Assembly (NCBI RefSeq): GCF_035594765.1
Contig: NC_085846.1
Span: forward strand, 13,999,190 to 14,063,189
From: Anolis carolinensis
Taxonomy: Eukaryota
DNA length: 64,000 nucleotides
Direction: 5' to 3'
The translations under genes were made by a program, and so were the position numbers. Under the pieces are notes generated by a model. The model saw only the letters and a program-made list of their open reading frames with translations, was not told where the DNA came from and did not search any database. Each line of letters starts with the position of its first letter. The stretch's first letter is position 1. Positions 11,560 to 25,512 of the stretch are shown here, one piece after another.

Positions 11560-14500
11560 TCAGAAGTGCTGCTAAAATTGATACATTTGGGGGCTGAAAT
11601 ATGAAGCCACAGCATCTTCGCCTTTTTTCTCATCTCAGAGAGTGTGATGTATGTTGTGTCTTCTGGACACTATGGAAAGCTAATGGAGAGAAAATCGTTT
11701 TCTTGTGGTTTGTCTTCTGTTTTTGTTGTTTGTTTGTTTGTTGTTGCCTGCTCTTTAAATTGACAAAACCAAAGAGGTTCCTTTAGAACCTGGGTGTTTA
11801 TTATACTTCAGCATCATTTCTAATTTTTAAAAAATTGCAAAAGTTACTCTACTTTTTTAAAAAAAATTTTTAAAAAACCCTCTACTTTTAATCAGACATA
11901 GCAATTGTATGCCAAACCAAGTAAAATTACAATAGTTTTATGTTCAGTAATAAACAAAGTATCTTGCAATTTGTAAGTTAGTATTGCACTTTTCATTTTT
12001 TTCAAAAATTTCAATTTATTTCCCAGAGAAAGGAGGAGAGAACTTGCATTCCTCATCCTCAGCTTGAAAATTTCTAGAAATTTTACTTCTCTACCTAAGT
12101 GTATAAAATACAGAATAATATGTCCCTCCAGGTAAAATGATTCTAGTTTGTTTACAGTAGAAGTGGGGTAGGAATGGCATACATTGTCTGTATCATTCTC
12201 ACAATAACCCTGTGAGGTAGGTTACCTGGCTGGGAGATTCTGGGAATTGTAATTTAAAAGAGTAGTGTCTATGTCCTGGATCTGACTAAGAAAGAATGGT
12301 TTGTTCCATGGTCACCCAGTGAGTTTTGTGGCTCCTGTCTAACTTCAACAGTCTGACCATTACACCGCAATGGCATGGACTTTGCTAAGGATAATATGGG
12401 CAGATATTTGTCATGGAAAGTGTTGACTCATGCTTTGCTCCTAATTAGATTTTATATGGAAGTTTTGATGCCCAGCTCACAACTTGCTGCCTCCCAGACC
12501 CCGAAAAGACTTTGTGCAAGGAGTCCATTTACGTAGGGGAAAGAGACTGAACTTTTCCAACACTTCTGTTCTGAGTAATTTTCAGGAAAAGTCCCACTGA
12601 GATGAAAGTGATGGCAGCAGGACTCAAGGAAGCACTGAGTCCTTGCCCGCACAAACACTTATTTGCTGAACCTCCAGCTTTTGACACTCAATCTGGAAGT
12701 TCCCACACATAGCATTCATTCAGTGTCACCCCCCAAAGCATTGTGATCTCATGTCTCTGGCAAAGACATTATGCATTATTAGACTAGAAATGACAGTTAG
12801 CAATGCACACGTCACTTGGTTGTATGATGGAGACGTGTGCAATTCTTGTGCAAACTGGGGAGGAGCACCATCTGTCTTTGGTTAGCGTGCTTGTATAAGT
12901 TGTACTGAAACAGTATATCATTCAACTGTCTGCATTTGCCTTGAATGCACATGGATTGTAACACAAAGTCGGAAAAAGTGACCTTTCTGAATTGCATCTC
13001 TCAGAATCCCACAACCAGGTTGACCACTAGTTGTAGTTGTAGACCAAAGGTCTTTTCCAAGGCATCCTGTGCTAGGTTGTGTATTCACAAATATGCCAGA
13101 AACAGGGGCAAGCAGGAAAGGATTTGCGATATATTGGCATGGCTTTAATTCTCTTAACTTGCCGTATATGTTGAGATATTGAAAGTAGAGGGAGAAGGAT
13201 TGAGAGAGAAAGAGAAATTGGGATGAGTAGTAACTTGGGTTGCTAGAGTGAACACTAGGAAGGGTTCCTATATCTTCGCCGGTTGCATAGAAAATAAAAT
13301 TTCATAGGCATTGCTTCTAACCTGCTTGCATGACAAGCAACAGCCTCTGAAATTCCCCTTGCTACACAACCAATAAAGGTATAGCATCCCTCTCTAATCT
13401 GTTTTCTGTGTTTTGTGTCTTTATGTTGCCCATTGACTCTGAATTCCATATTTTAGCAAGGTGGTTTTGCCATGCCTTCCTCTGAAATGTAGCTTACAAC
13501 ACCTGATATTCACTGGCAGTCTCTCATCCCAGTATGAGCCGGGGCTGCCCCTTCTTAGCTTCCAAGATCAGACAGGATTTGGTGCCTCTTTCAGATACTC
13601 TTATCTTGCTCTTCATACACATTGATACCACGATCTGTCTCTATTGTCTCCCTGCCCTTAGAAATCCCCCTGGACAATATCTGCCTTCATATTCCCCCAC
13701 AAGCATTTTTGGCCAGTCACTGGCTTGATCCGAAAAGAGGTTATTCCTGGCTTGAATCGCTGTGGATTGTGCTGAGCAAAGGGGAGAATGTGGAGCGGGG
13801 AATCCTCGCCAGCTAACTAGACCCTTGGCCAAAGCAAACTTGGTTGGCGCTGCTGGGTTTGTCTAACCTTGTGACTCTCTGGTGTAAGGAGGGAGGGACG
13901 GGAACATCTCACACTGGCAAGGAGCCAGAAAGACCTTGTGAAGGAACGCTTGGGCCTCACGTAAGACTCAGCCAAAAAGAGACAAAGTCACAACGTTCAA
14001 ACTTGTGAAGATACAGAATAATGTGTCTGAACAGGAACAACATCTATCTCCCTGCTTACGACATCAATGCAACCTCCCTTGTATTTGCAAGGAATGAACA
14101 ACTGATGCAGAACCCATCGCTTTGTAGTTGATCTCAGGCACCTTCCACATATTTCATTGAGGTCTTTCAGATTGCACAATTTATACCACTATGATTCCAC
14201 TTTAACTGCAATGGCAACATCATGAGTATGGTCAATGTGGCAGGATTATGAATGAGGAACAACACAAGCTGGGTGAGGCTGCAGCAGTTTGTTTTTCCTT
14301 GAGTTTTCTGGGAAAGACAAGGTCCTATCCCCTCCTAACTTTTCTCTTCAATGAGTTAATTGAGTGCAAACAAGTAAGCTGAGGAATAAGGGGGAAAGGA
14401 AGATGAGGACAAAGAAATGGGGATATTTTTAAGCACCTGAAAAAGTGGGATGGCAAAGGATTAAATGGTATTGTGCCTGACAAATTAGGACAGTGGGGGA

Positions 14501-14589
14501 TATGTTATTCATCACATTTATTAAGATGTCAATTTACACTATGTAAAAAAATTGGAAAAGTTTCTGTTCCTGGTCTGAAAGTGTTATTT

Positions 14590-14755
14590 ATTTATCGTGT
14601 CAGAAGCAAATCGAGGGTACAAGTTGTAATGTATTTGAGAACACAAACAAAGTTTTAAAAAATCTTGGCATTATACTAAATGTCCTTTGACCAGTAGCTG
14701 GTCACTTGGAGTGCCTCTGGTGTTGCTATAAGAAGGTCCTCCATTGTGCATGTGA
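14590..14755 (-). mobile_element. Vingi-like LINE 3' fragment
   Basis: Homologous to 59043-59305; minus-strand end CTTCTGACACGATAAATAAA. Confidence 0.65.
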
Positions 14756-14848
14756 AATTTTCTCACACTTTCCAACAATCCATTTGATCACTCAATAATG
14801 TAGTATAGGAGGTCACAAGGAGAGAAGGCTAAGCTAGATCATTTGCCC

Positions 14849-14879
<31 letters not shown>

Positions 14880-15357
14880 GAGAAAGAATGAATCTGAGTA
14901 TTTGTTAGCTGAGGTGCGGGCCCTTTTGCGCTGCCCCACATCTGCTCCTGATCCCTCTCGGTTTATTTTTCTGCGAGATGCTGGCGCTGGTGTACAAACT
15001 AGGCATCAGTGGCCAGAAACTCCCTGCTGTCCTCGGGCTCCGATTTGGGACGCGACGGCCAAGGGAGGACGCAAGGAGTCATGCTCTCTGCTCTCCCAGT
15101 TTTATGCTTCCAAAAGGCGTCTGGCTACCAGGTGGGGAAAGACTGGACAAAATTATGGGGTAGGGAAAGGGATTAGGAGAGCATGCAAGGGGGAAAGAAA
15201 GCAGGAAAGCTATTCCTCTTCCTCTTTTCTATGTGCCATTCGCACCTTCTGTGGAGACAGATAGTGAAGACCCAAGTGCCACTGTAGTTTTGATGTCACT
15301 GGATGAAAAGAATTCACAAGGAGTGGTAGTAACTAGCAATAACGACTCCCCAGGAGA

Positions 15358-15621
15358 TTTCTTTTCATATCAGGAACGACTTGAGAAACTGCAAGTCTCT
15401 TCTGGTGTGAGAGAATTGGCTGTCTGCAAGGACGTTGCCCAGGGGATGCCCAGATGTTTTGATGTTTTAACATCCTTGTGGGAGCTTTCTTTCAAGTACC
15501 TGCATGGAAAGCTAGAGCTGACAGATGGGACCTCACCCCACTCCCCGGATTTGAACCACCAACCTTTCTGTCAGCAGTTCAGTCGGCACAAGGGTTTAAC
15601 CCACTGCGCTATCGGGGGCTC
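15358..15621 (-). mobile_element. Anolis SINE2-like SINE
   Basis: Reverse-complement homology to 6652; TSD CTCCCCAGGAGAT. Confidence 0.75.
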
Positions 15622-16069
15622 CTCCCCAGGAGATGAAACTGAAGTATTTCAACCCAATATCACATTATTATCTGCATTCTGGTCAAGAGGAATTATGGCA
15701 TATCCCTTAGCTTTCCAAACTCTGTGTTGCAACACGTTATTGTGTTGTTGTGTCGCGGAAACGTAATGGGAAATGACAAAAATCTTAGAAATGTGCTATT
15801 GTCTTACAAATCATACATTTTAAATATAATTTTAAATATAAATGAAAAGGTTTAATGGAATATGTTGTATCCCCATAAAATTCATTATTATGATTTATGT
15901 ATGTATCTGTATCTCTTATAAGGGTTTGGTTTAACCACCGGTTTGCTAATAAAACTGAATTACTGTGTCGCGAAATGACACACTAATGTGTAAAAAGTGT
16001 GCCAGTAATATGAAATGTTTAGAAAGCTCCGACTTAGCCAGTGGTGAGAAATCTGAATGAGTTCATGAA

Positions 16070-16286
16070 TTCACTTAAACATTAGGAAGAACTTCCTAAC
16101 TATAAGAGCTGTTCAGAAGTTGAACTCTCTGCCCTGGGGTGTGGTGGAGGCTCATTTTTGGAGGCTTTTAAGCAGGAGCTGGGTGGCCATCTGTCCAGGG
16201 TGCTTTGAATGCGATTTCCTGCTTCTTGGCAGGGGTTGGACTGGATGGCCCACGAGGTCTCTTCCAACTCTTTGATTCTATGATTC
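16070..16286 (+). mobile_element. CR1 LINE 3' fragment
   Basis: Ends in TTCCAACTC..(ATTCTATG)-type tail typical of CR1. Confidence 0.7.
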
Positions 16287-16434
16287 CCATTCTTAGACAC
16301 GAGTTTATAAAATCATGCATGATATGAAAGTCACCAGGCAGACATTTCCCCTTTCTATTCTCACTATTCCTATATTGTAGTGAAGTGCTCTAGCAGGTGA
16401 CTGACAGATAAGCGCAAGTTACATTTTTCTCATG

Positions 16435-16747
16435 TAGCCCCCGGTGGTGCAGTGAGTTAAACAGCTGAGCTGCTGAACTTGCTGACCGAAAGGTTGCCAG
16501 GTTCGAATCTGGGGAGCGGGGTGAGCTCCTGCTGTTAGCCCCAGCTTCTCCCAACCCAGCAGTTCGAAAACATGCAAATGTGAGTAGATTGATAGGTACC
16601 GTTCTAGTGGGAAGGTAACAGTGCTCTATGCAGTCATGCCGGCCACATGACCTTGGAGGTTTCTATGGACAATGCTGGCTCTTTGGCTTAGAAATGGAGA
16701 TGAGCACCAACCCCCAGACTCGGACATGGGGAAAATTTTTACCTTTA
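16435..16747 (+). mobile_element. Sauria SINE
   Basis: tRNA-like head, core GCAAATGTGAGTAGAT..GGTAC, ACCTTT tail. Confidence 0.8.
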
Positions 16748-17497
16748 CATACATTTTTCTCATGTTACCGATGTCATGGACAAAGAAAGGAGTCAGCTGA
16801 GGCTGATCTATCTGGCAAACCTGATCAACAAGGATTTAAACCCAAGCTTCTCCACAGAGTCCCCGGCTGGCTTCCAGTTTGGAAAACAATCCATTTAAAT
16901 GTGGCTGCACATGTGAGATACTTTGCATTAAGGCATGCAAATAAAATACGGGTAGGTCTTCCTTCCCCCTGTTTCCACTCCTTGTGTGCCCTTCCAGAAG
17001 AAGCTATCTCAAAAAAAAGCAAACAAAAACCAACCAGCAGGAATCAGAGACAGTAGTCAGAGGCCCGGGAGAAAACCTGGTTTCGGACAAAAATGTCTCT
17101 TGGCCGCCCTCCCCTGCGGTGCAAGGCCTTGGCCTCTCTCGCCAGTCTGTGAACATAAGAGGGATCTTTGTTCATGGGCAGAGTTTGTTTTGCCACCTGT
17201 GTGTGACAAGCGCTTTGAGGTGAAGCAGGGGGAGCCTGGAAGGAGGCTTCGAGTCCATCTTTCGGGGTGGGAAAGGGGAGATATTTGCTGACATGCAGAA
17301 GTGGGAATGAGGGGACGCCAAGTCCCGCTGCCAGATAGGGCCAGGCACCTCCTTGTGTTGTGTACTCAGAGGAATGGTGTGAGTGAGTATGGAAAGGGTG
17401 GAGGGAGAAGTGCTGTACATCTTTACAGGGAACTAAGGCTCACTGAAGACAATGGGGCTTACTCTATAATAGGCCTATAAAAGTCTAGAGGTTAGAG

Positions 17498-17672
17498 CAG
17501 GCATAGGCAAGCTTGGTCCCTCCAGGTGTTTTGGACTCCAACTCCCACCATTCCTAACAGCCTCAGGCCCCGCTTAAGCGGCTGAGGGGGAAAAGGAAGG
17601 GGCCTGAGGCTGTTAGGAATGGTGGGAGTTGGAGTCCAAAACACCTGGAGAGACCAAGCTTGCCCATGCCTG
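17498..17672. mobile_element. Palindromic hAT-like MITE
   Basis: TIR CAGGCAT..; 8-bp TSD GGTTAGAG/AGTTAGAG. Confidence 0.85.
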
Positions 17673-18274
17673 AGTTAGAGCAACCTAAACTGATGCTTTC
17701 TAGATGTGTTGGACTACAACTCCCTGGATGGGAGTGATTGTCAATAAAATTTCTGGCCTTTTTAAAAATCCCTGGGCAGGAAAATCTTGGGATTTGTAGC
17801 TTGGCGAGAAACAGAAAGACCTTGTAAAACTACAACTGCCAAGATTTCATAGCAGTTAAAGTAGTGCCAAACTGCACTAATTCTACAATGTAGATGCGTC
17901 TTGGGTCTGCTTTTTTGTCATATGTAATTAGAGCTCTGGATGTATCCTTTCCTGTAATTTCCCAAGCAAAGTATCACTGCTAAATGCAATTTGATCTACC
18001 GTATATACTCAAGTATAAGCTGAGTTTTTCAGCCCTTTTTTAGGACTGAAAAAGGCCCCTTTGGCTTATACTGGGGTGAGGGTCCTGGTTGGCTTAGATT
18101 CAGGTCGGCTTATATTCGAGTATATATGGTACATTTATTATTTTTCTCTATTATTATTGGTATTATTACATTTATTATTTTACTCTATATATTATTACTA
18201 GCTGTGCCCGGCCACGCATTGCTGTGGCGAACTATGGTGGTATGGGAAATAAAGTATTGAGGAATTGGTGGTAG

Positions 18275-18614
18275 TGAAGGTAAAGGGTAAAGGTTTTCCC
18301 CTGACATTAAGTCCAGTCATGTCTGACTCTGGGGGTTGGAGCTCATCTCCATTTCTAAGCCGAAGAGCTGGCATTGTCCGTAGACTCCTCCAAGGTCATG
18401 TGGGATGACTGCATGGAGCGGCGTTACCTTCCCGCCAGAGAAGTACCTATTGATCTACAAATCACTCTGACTCACATTTGCATGTTTTTGAACTTCTGGG
18501 TTGGCAGAAGCTGGGGCTAACAGTGCGGGCTCTCTCCGCTCCCCCAATTCAAACCTGTGGCCTTTCGGTCCAGAAGTTCAGCAGCTCAGCACTTTAACAC
18601 ACTGCGCCATCAGG
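18275..18614 (-). mobile_element. Sauria SINE inside Helitron
   Basis: Reverse-complement homology to 16435. Confidence 0.75.
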
Positions 18615-19117
18615 GAATATTATTTCCTAAAGGTTGTGAATATACAATATTTCTGATTGTTTTTTTTTGTCTGTTGGAGGCAAGTATGAATGCTGCAATT
18701 AGGAAAAGTGATTAGCATGTAATGGCCTTGCAGCTTTAAAGCCTGGCTGTTTCCTCCCTGAGTGAATTTTTTTGTTGGGAGGTATTAGCTGGCCCTGATT
18801 GTTTCCTGTCTGGAATTCTCTTGTTTTCAGAGTGGTGTTGTTTGCGATATTTTATGTGCTTCTACTGTCTGTGGCCCTGAGAAAACAAGAGGATTTGCCA
18901 GACTCTGATGATGGGAATACTTTGTTGGGAGGTGTTAGCTGGCCCTGATTGTTTCCTGTGTGGAATTCCCCTGTTTTCAGAGTGTTGCTCTTTATTTAGT
19001 GTTCTGATTGTAGAGATTGTATTGTTCTGTTTTATTATGCTACATTAATTTTTATATATTCTGATTTTAGTGTTTTTGAATACTTGGTTTGAATACGGTT
19101 TACAGCAACACAACAAC

Positions 19118-19164
<47 letters not shown>

Positions 19165-19509
19165 CTTTGGTAATACACAGTGCTTCACTCCCTTCTCAGC
19201 TTCCTTTCTGGAAGAATCCTTTCTTGGGAGGTGTTAGCTGGCCCTGATTGTTTCCTTTGTGGAATTTCCAATCTCCCTGCTTTCAGACTATTGGTCTTTA
19301 TTTACTGTCCTAGTTTTAGAGATTATATTGTTCTGCATTATTCTATCCCAGTAATTATTTCATATTAAAGTAGAATCTCACTTATCCAACATTCGCTTAT
19401 ACAATGTTCTGGATTATCCAACGCAGTCTGCCTTTTCATAATCAAGGTTTTTGTAGTCAGTGTTTTAAATTCATTGTGATATTTTAGTGTTAAATTTGTA
19501 AATACAGTA

Positions 19510-19832
19510 CAGTAGAGTCTCACTTATCCAACATAAAGGGGCTGGCAGAATGTTGGATAAGCGAATATGTTGGATAATAAGGAGGCATTAAGGAAAAGCC
19601 TATTAAACATCAAATTAGGTTATGATTTTACAAATGAAACACCAAAACATCATGTTAGACAACAAATTTGGCAGAAAAAATAGTTCAATACGCAGTAATG
19701 CTATGTAGTAATTACTGTATTTATGAATTTAGCACCAAAATATCACGATATATTGAAAACATTGACTCCAAAAATGTGTTGGATAATCCAGAATGTTGGA
19801 TAAGTTAGTGTTGGACATGTGAGACTCTACTG
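19510..19832. mobile_element. Tigger/pogo-like MITE (CAGTAGAGTCTC TIR) nested in an opposite-orientation copy (~19368-20030)
   Basis: TIRs and TA target duplication. Confidence 0.75.
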
Positions 19833-20746
19833 TAATTACTACATAGCATTACTGCGCATGGAACTACTTTTTCTGTCAAATTTGTTGTATAATATGATGT
19901 TTTGGTGCTTCATTTGTATAACAATTACCTAATTTGATGTTTAATCGGCTTTTCCTGAATCCCTTCTTATTATCCAACATATTCACTTATCCTGCTGGCC
20001 TGTTTATGTTGGATAAGTGAGACTGTACTGTATATTGATAATCTTATATTATCTGCTTAGAAATGGATTATATGAGGCCCCTTCTTCACAGCTGTATAAA
20101 ATGCACACTGAAGTGGATTATATGGTAGTGTGGAGTCAAGATAATCCAGTGCAAAGCAGATAATATAAGATTATAAATGGGTTATATAGCTGTGTGGAAG
20201 GGCCTTGAGTCTACACTGCCATATAATCCAGTGCAAATTAGATAATCTGTGGAAGAGGCCTAAGTGAGGCCTAAATCTGCCTGTCCCCTAGCTGAACCCT
20301 GGCTGTCCCTTGGCTGAGTTGGTTGCTAGGAGACCAAGTGGGCAGAGATTAGCCCTCTAAACTGGCAACAATTGGATAAAAACAATTATTGCTCTCCCTC
20401 TAATTAGGACTTTATTTTTCTTTTCTTTTTGTTGTATCAACCTAGAGGCGTGGATGATGGGTCGTGTTGTCAAATTTCGAGGTTGGGGGGGCCTGTAGTT
20501 TTGTTGTTTTGTGGGTTGCCGTGATGCCATCACTCATTTATATATATAGATTACATTTATTATTTTACTCTATTATTATTGTTACTTTTATATTTATTTT
20601 ACTTTATTTTTGTATTATGATTAATACATTTATTATTTCACTCTGATATTATTGTTACTGCGTTTATTATTTTACTCTATTTATTATTCCATGTATTATT
20701 TTCCTGTATTTATTATTATTATTACATTTATTATTTTACTCTATTA

Positions 20747-21069
20747 CAGTAGAGTCTCACATATACAAGCTAAATGGGCTGGCAGAACCTTGGATAAGCG
20801 ACTATTTTGGATAATAAGGAGGAATTAAGGAGAAGCCTATTAAACATCAAATTAGGTTATGATTTTACAAATTAAGCACCAAAACATCATGTTATACAAC
20901 AAATTTGACAGAAAAAGTAGTTCAATACGCAGTAATGTTATGTTATAATTACTGTATTTACAAATTTAGCACCAAAATATCATGATATATTGAAAACATT
21001 GACTACAAAAATGGCTTGGATAATCCAGAACCATGGATAAGCGAGTCTTGGATAAGTGAGACTCTACTG
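20747..21069. mobile_element. Tigger/pogo-like MITE
   Basis: TA^CAGTAGAGTCTCAC ... GAGACTCTACTG^TA. Confidence 0.8.
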
Positions 21070-22067
21070 TATTATTAAAAGGATACATAAGTACATTTAC
21101 ATTGAAGAAGATGAGAATAATGATTTAGTCAGAGTTGGACAGCCTTATCTTAAATTACAGTTTTATGTAAATATTCAGAAACATTTAACCTACTGATGCC
21201 TCAATTAATGTAAGTTTATTGGTATCTATTTTTATTTCTGAAATTTATCACTCTCGGCTTATACTTGAGTCAATTTTTTTTGTGGTAAAATTAGATGCTT
21301 CAGCTTATATTTGGGTCTGTTTATACTTGAGTATATACGGTACATACCTATATTCTTTATTTCCATTATTATATTTCAAGGGGTTGGGTCTCTGGACTTT
21401 GTCAACTCACGTTGCAAAAACAATCATTAAAATAAATATACACCTTTCCTGCATTTATAGTGGCTTAATATAGAATTGGAAGCCCTTGACTTTGACCTTT
21501 AGCATATCTCCAGGAAAACAGCAAACCGAATGGACTAACTGACTAGATACAATGCATCGAAGGAAAGGAAAATATAAGTGTTTGTTAAATCTTTGTTTTG
21601 ATCCCACAATTGGTTCTTTATTACCAGTCTCTCTCTTACCCTCCTCTACCCACTTTTCACCCTGCAAATACAAGGTCTGCATTTAATCATTACATGGGTG
21701 ACGATGATGACCAATTACTTTATAATTGCTTGTTTTATCACAGAGACTCAGACCAAGGGCTAAAGAGGAAGGGAAAGGGGGAAGGGGTTGGTTTCTTTTG
21801 TGGTAGCAAATTCCATGCCATGGATGGTGTCTCCAGGGAGCCTGATGGCACCTCAAGTACCTAAAGAACCCAGAAGGCCTCAGGAAGCTGTAATTGGGGC
21901 AGGTGGCAATAGCAGCCACATCCCAGTGAGAAATATGTGCTAATTGGGAAGTGACTAGTGATGCACTCAAGAGCAAAGGGTTACAAAGAAGGGCATGGAA
22001 GAAAGCGTGAAGGCAAAAACTACTGTCATTTGTGACAGTGGCAGGGAATGTGACCAGAAACCATAAT

Positions 22068-22360
22068 ACTATGTAACAAAATTTGGAAAAAATTCTGTTC
22101 CTGGTTTGAAAGTGTTATTTCTTGTTTAATTGTGCAGTACTTACTTTGAAAGTAGTTTCTATACTCCAGAAACTTCGTTTTGTGGCTGCTACAGACTCTG
22201 TTGAATTGGTTGAGACTAAATGAAATATCAAGTGAAAAACTATAACAAAATGTGCTGCAAGATGTCCTGCAAAAAGTTTTTGAAGTTTAATAAACTTTTT
22301 TATGTTTTTATGTTAGAACCAATTAGGAAATCACATTTATAACCCAGGAACAAAAATTAT
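22068..22360. mobile_element. DNA transposon fragment, possibly Chapaev-like
   Basis: ACTATGTAA start; homologous to ~14537-14590 and ~25118-25730; family assignment tentative. Confidence 0.45.
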
Positions 22361-23582
22361 GTTTTTGATAATGTAATTGAGGGTAGATTTGATCCATCAT
22401 CTTGAGAGGGAGGCTTTGTATTGAGTGTGTGGAAGCCCAAGAAAAAGCGGTTCTGAAAGCACTGTGATAGGAATTGTGTAAAGATAGCTTTAGGGCAGAA
22501 TCTGGAATAATAATAACAACAACAACAACAATAATAATACTTTATTCTTATATCCCACCCCATCTCCCCGAGGGGACTTGGGGCGGCTTACAAGGAGACC
22601 AAGCCCAACAGTGTAATAAAATATAACAGTAAAAACAAATCCAAACACAACAATAAATACATCCGAATAAAACATACAATAACAACAATTTAAAACATGT
22701 TCAGTGACCGGAGTGATTTATTTGATCCTTCAATCACTTTTTTGGATCATATCTGCCATAATCCCCAGTTGACCTTTGGCACTGAAGTTACTCTTTTGGA
22801 AAATCACACTTTTTTGGAGTCCAATAAGTAACTTTCCAAACCCTGGTTAGAATTGCCAACATTTTGTTCTTGGTTTGTTCATTTGCTGTCAATGACTGAA
22901 TTGGCATAGAGAAATGCATTCAAGGGAAGCTTCCTCCACCCTTATTTCCATTCCGAGGCCACAGTCTGAACAAACATGGTGCAGAAACCTGAGATCTGAG
23001 TGTAGTTCGTGTCAGGATGGGAAATCTGCTAGGAAACTGTGCATGCTGCCTTGAGTTCTATAAGGGATGAAAAATGGTTTATAATAAATACACAGGAAAA
23101 CTTTGATCCAATTGGAGAGGGAATTGGGCAGACTGGCAACTGGGCAGAAAGACCAGGACAGGGAGGAGTAAGGCAGCAATGGAGCGCAAATTGTTAGAAA
23201 TATATACAGCTCATTTCTTCTCAGAAATAAGCAACACTTAGCTCAATGGGACTTACTGACTGGTAAAAGCTTACAATGTTTTGCCCCTAATGGAGTGATG
23301 GAGGTCGCATGAGTCTTCAACTCTCAGGCTAGATGTACACTGCCACATAATAGAATTCAAATAATATAATCTGGATTCAGAAATGATTATATGGCAGTTT
23401 AGACAGGGCCTCAGATTCAGCTTTCAGCTTTCCTCATTATTCTCTGTGCTGGCTATGGCTGCTGGGAGTTGCAGTTCAAGAACACATCTATAGTTCTCTC
23501 TATGGCAAAGACCCTGGAGGGATACAATAGCCTTGCCATGGCATCTAGCATTTGTTGGATAAACTGGGGTTCTGTGGTGGTA

Positions 23583-23925
23583 CAGTAGAGTCTCACTTAT
23601 CCAACATGAAACGGGCCGGCAGAACGTTGGATAAGCGAAAATGTTGGATAATAAGGAGAGATTAAGGAAAACCCTATTAAACATCAGATTACATTATGTT
23701 TTTACAAATTAAACACCCAAACATCATGTTTTACAACAAATCAAGAGAAAAAGCAGTTCAATACACGGTATCGTCATGTAGTAATTACTGTATTTACGAA
23801 TTTAGCACCAAAACATCACAATGTATTGAAAACATTGACAACAAAAACACTGGCTACTAAAAGGCAGACTGCGTTGGATAATACAGAACGTTGGATAAAT
23901 GAAAGTTGGATCAGTGAGACTCTAT
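23583..23925. mobile_element. Tigger/pogo-like MITE
   Basis: Same TIR family. Confidence 0.75.
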
Positions 23926-24223
23926 GTAGTTCTGATTATCTCATTTTCTCAAATTTGTCGATAATGTCCTTCTTATGTACTTTGCATATGTTTATCTGTC
24001 TGTGCATTATAACTGTTCAACATAAGAAAAGCCAGATAGACTAGGAGGCTGGAGGATTCTGAGAGTTGTAGTCACAAATGTCCAAGGTCACACAACTCAA
24101 AGACAATGCTAGCTCGGCTCTGTTTTTAAAGGTTGTGTTTTCATGCCTCAAATTGTGTTTCATTTTGTTACATTTTGCTGCCTATTTGTTTTGTTGTTGG
24201 TCATTGATTGATATAGACATAGG

Positions 24224-24549
24224 TAAGGTAAAGGTTTTCCCCTGACGTTAAGTCCAGTCGTGACCGACTCTGGGGGCTGGTGCTCATCTCCATTTCTAAG
24301 CCGAAGAGCCGGCGTTGTCCGTAGACACCTCCAAGGTCATGTGGCCGGCATGACTGCATGGAGTGCCGTTACCTTCCTGCCGGAGCGGTACCTATTGATC
24401 TACTCACATTGGCATGTTTTCGAACTGCTAGGTTGGCAGGAGCAGGGGCTAACAGCGTGCTTTCATTCCGCTCCCGGGATTTGAACCTGGCACCTTTTGG
24501 TCCGCAAGTTCAGCAGCTCAGCGCTTTAACGCACTGTGCCACCAGGGGC
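24224..24549 (-). mobile_element. Sauria SINE
   Basis: Full-length-like, AAGGTAAAGGT tail on plus strand. Confidence 0.85.
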
Positions 24550-25204
24550 ACATAGATATAAATATATGCTGAATCTGATGGGAGTTGCAGTCCAACACAT
24601 CTGGAGGGCAACAAGTTGGAGAAGTGGAATATGGATGCCAACGTGGCAGATTCCCTTTATCTGATTCAGCCTCATCTTTACAAGAGCCAGCAACTAAAGA
24701 TACCAATAAATTCCAGACAGGATTTAACATCAGTCTTGGACAAGTTTGACTGCAGCGGATGTGATTTTCCTTAGCAGGGGTGGGAGTGGGGAGAGAACAA
24801 GAGAAAGCAAGGGGAGGGAGGGGCTTCTAAGCATCTTCAGCATCCTTTATCCTGTGCTGGGTACCAATCTCTGAACAGCCTGCCTTGGGGAAAGAGCTGG
24901 AAGAGGCAGATGAAAGAGTTTGTTGGAGGCAATAACATTACCAAGTATTGACAGCTTAACTTGGAAACCACCTTCTTAAACCTTCTTCTTCTAAGAACAG
25001 GTATGTGGGATTGGGAGCAGCTTTGGGAATGATATATCTTTAACTTGTTGCAATGCTGTCCTTTTTTTTATCTTAAGGGCTATTTTTGTGATGCGATCCC
25101 ATGTAAAATAAAGATTACACTATGTAAAAAAATTGATTTTTTTCCTGTCCCTGGTTTAAGAGTGTTATTTCCTGTTTAATTGTGCAGTACTTACTTTGAA
25201 AGTA

Positions 25205-25512
25205 CAGTAGAGTCTCGCTTATCCAACGTTCTGGATTATCCAACGCATTTTTGTAGTCAATGTTTTCAATATATCGTGATATTTTGGTGCTAAATTCGTA
25301 AATACAGTAATTACTACATTGCATTACTGCATATTAAACTACTTTTTCTGTCAAATTTGTTGTATAACATGATGTTTTGGTGCTTAATTTGTAAAATCAT
25401 AAATTAATTTGATGTTTAATAGGCTTTTCCTTAATGCCTCCTTATTATCCAACATATTCGCTTATCCAACGTTCTGCCGGCCCATTTATGTTGGATAAGT
25501 GAGACTCTACTG
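25205..25512. mobile_element. Tigger/pogo-like MITE inserted in the Chapaev-like element
   Basis: TIRs, TA TSD; host sequence resumes after it. Confidence 0.8.

Larger units (their letters stand above)
18198..20550 (-). mobile_element. Non-autonomous composite Helitron
   Basis: Minus strand starts A^TC, ends with hairpin GCCAC..GTGGC then CTAG^T, no TSD; interrupts the AT-rich repeat of the host element. Confidence 0.8.
17999..21340. mobile_element. Non-autonomous Tc1/mariner (Tc2/pogo-like) element hosting nested insertions
   Basis: TIRs CCGTATATACTCAAGTATAA / TTATACTTGAGTATATACGG with TA on both sides. Confidence 0.8.

Noticed and set aside
15233-15766. 177-aa ORF
   Set aside because: Runs through an antisense SINE; no domain
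17172-17420. 82-aa ORF in unique sequence
   Set aside because: No recognisable homology or supporting exon structure
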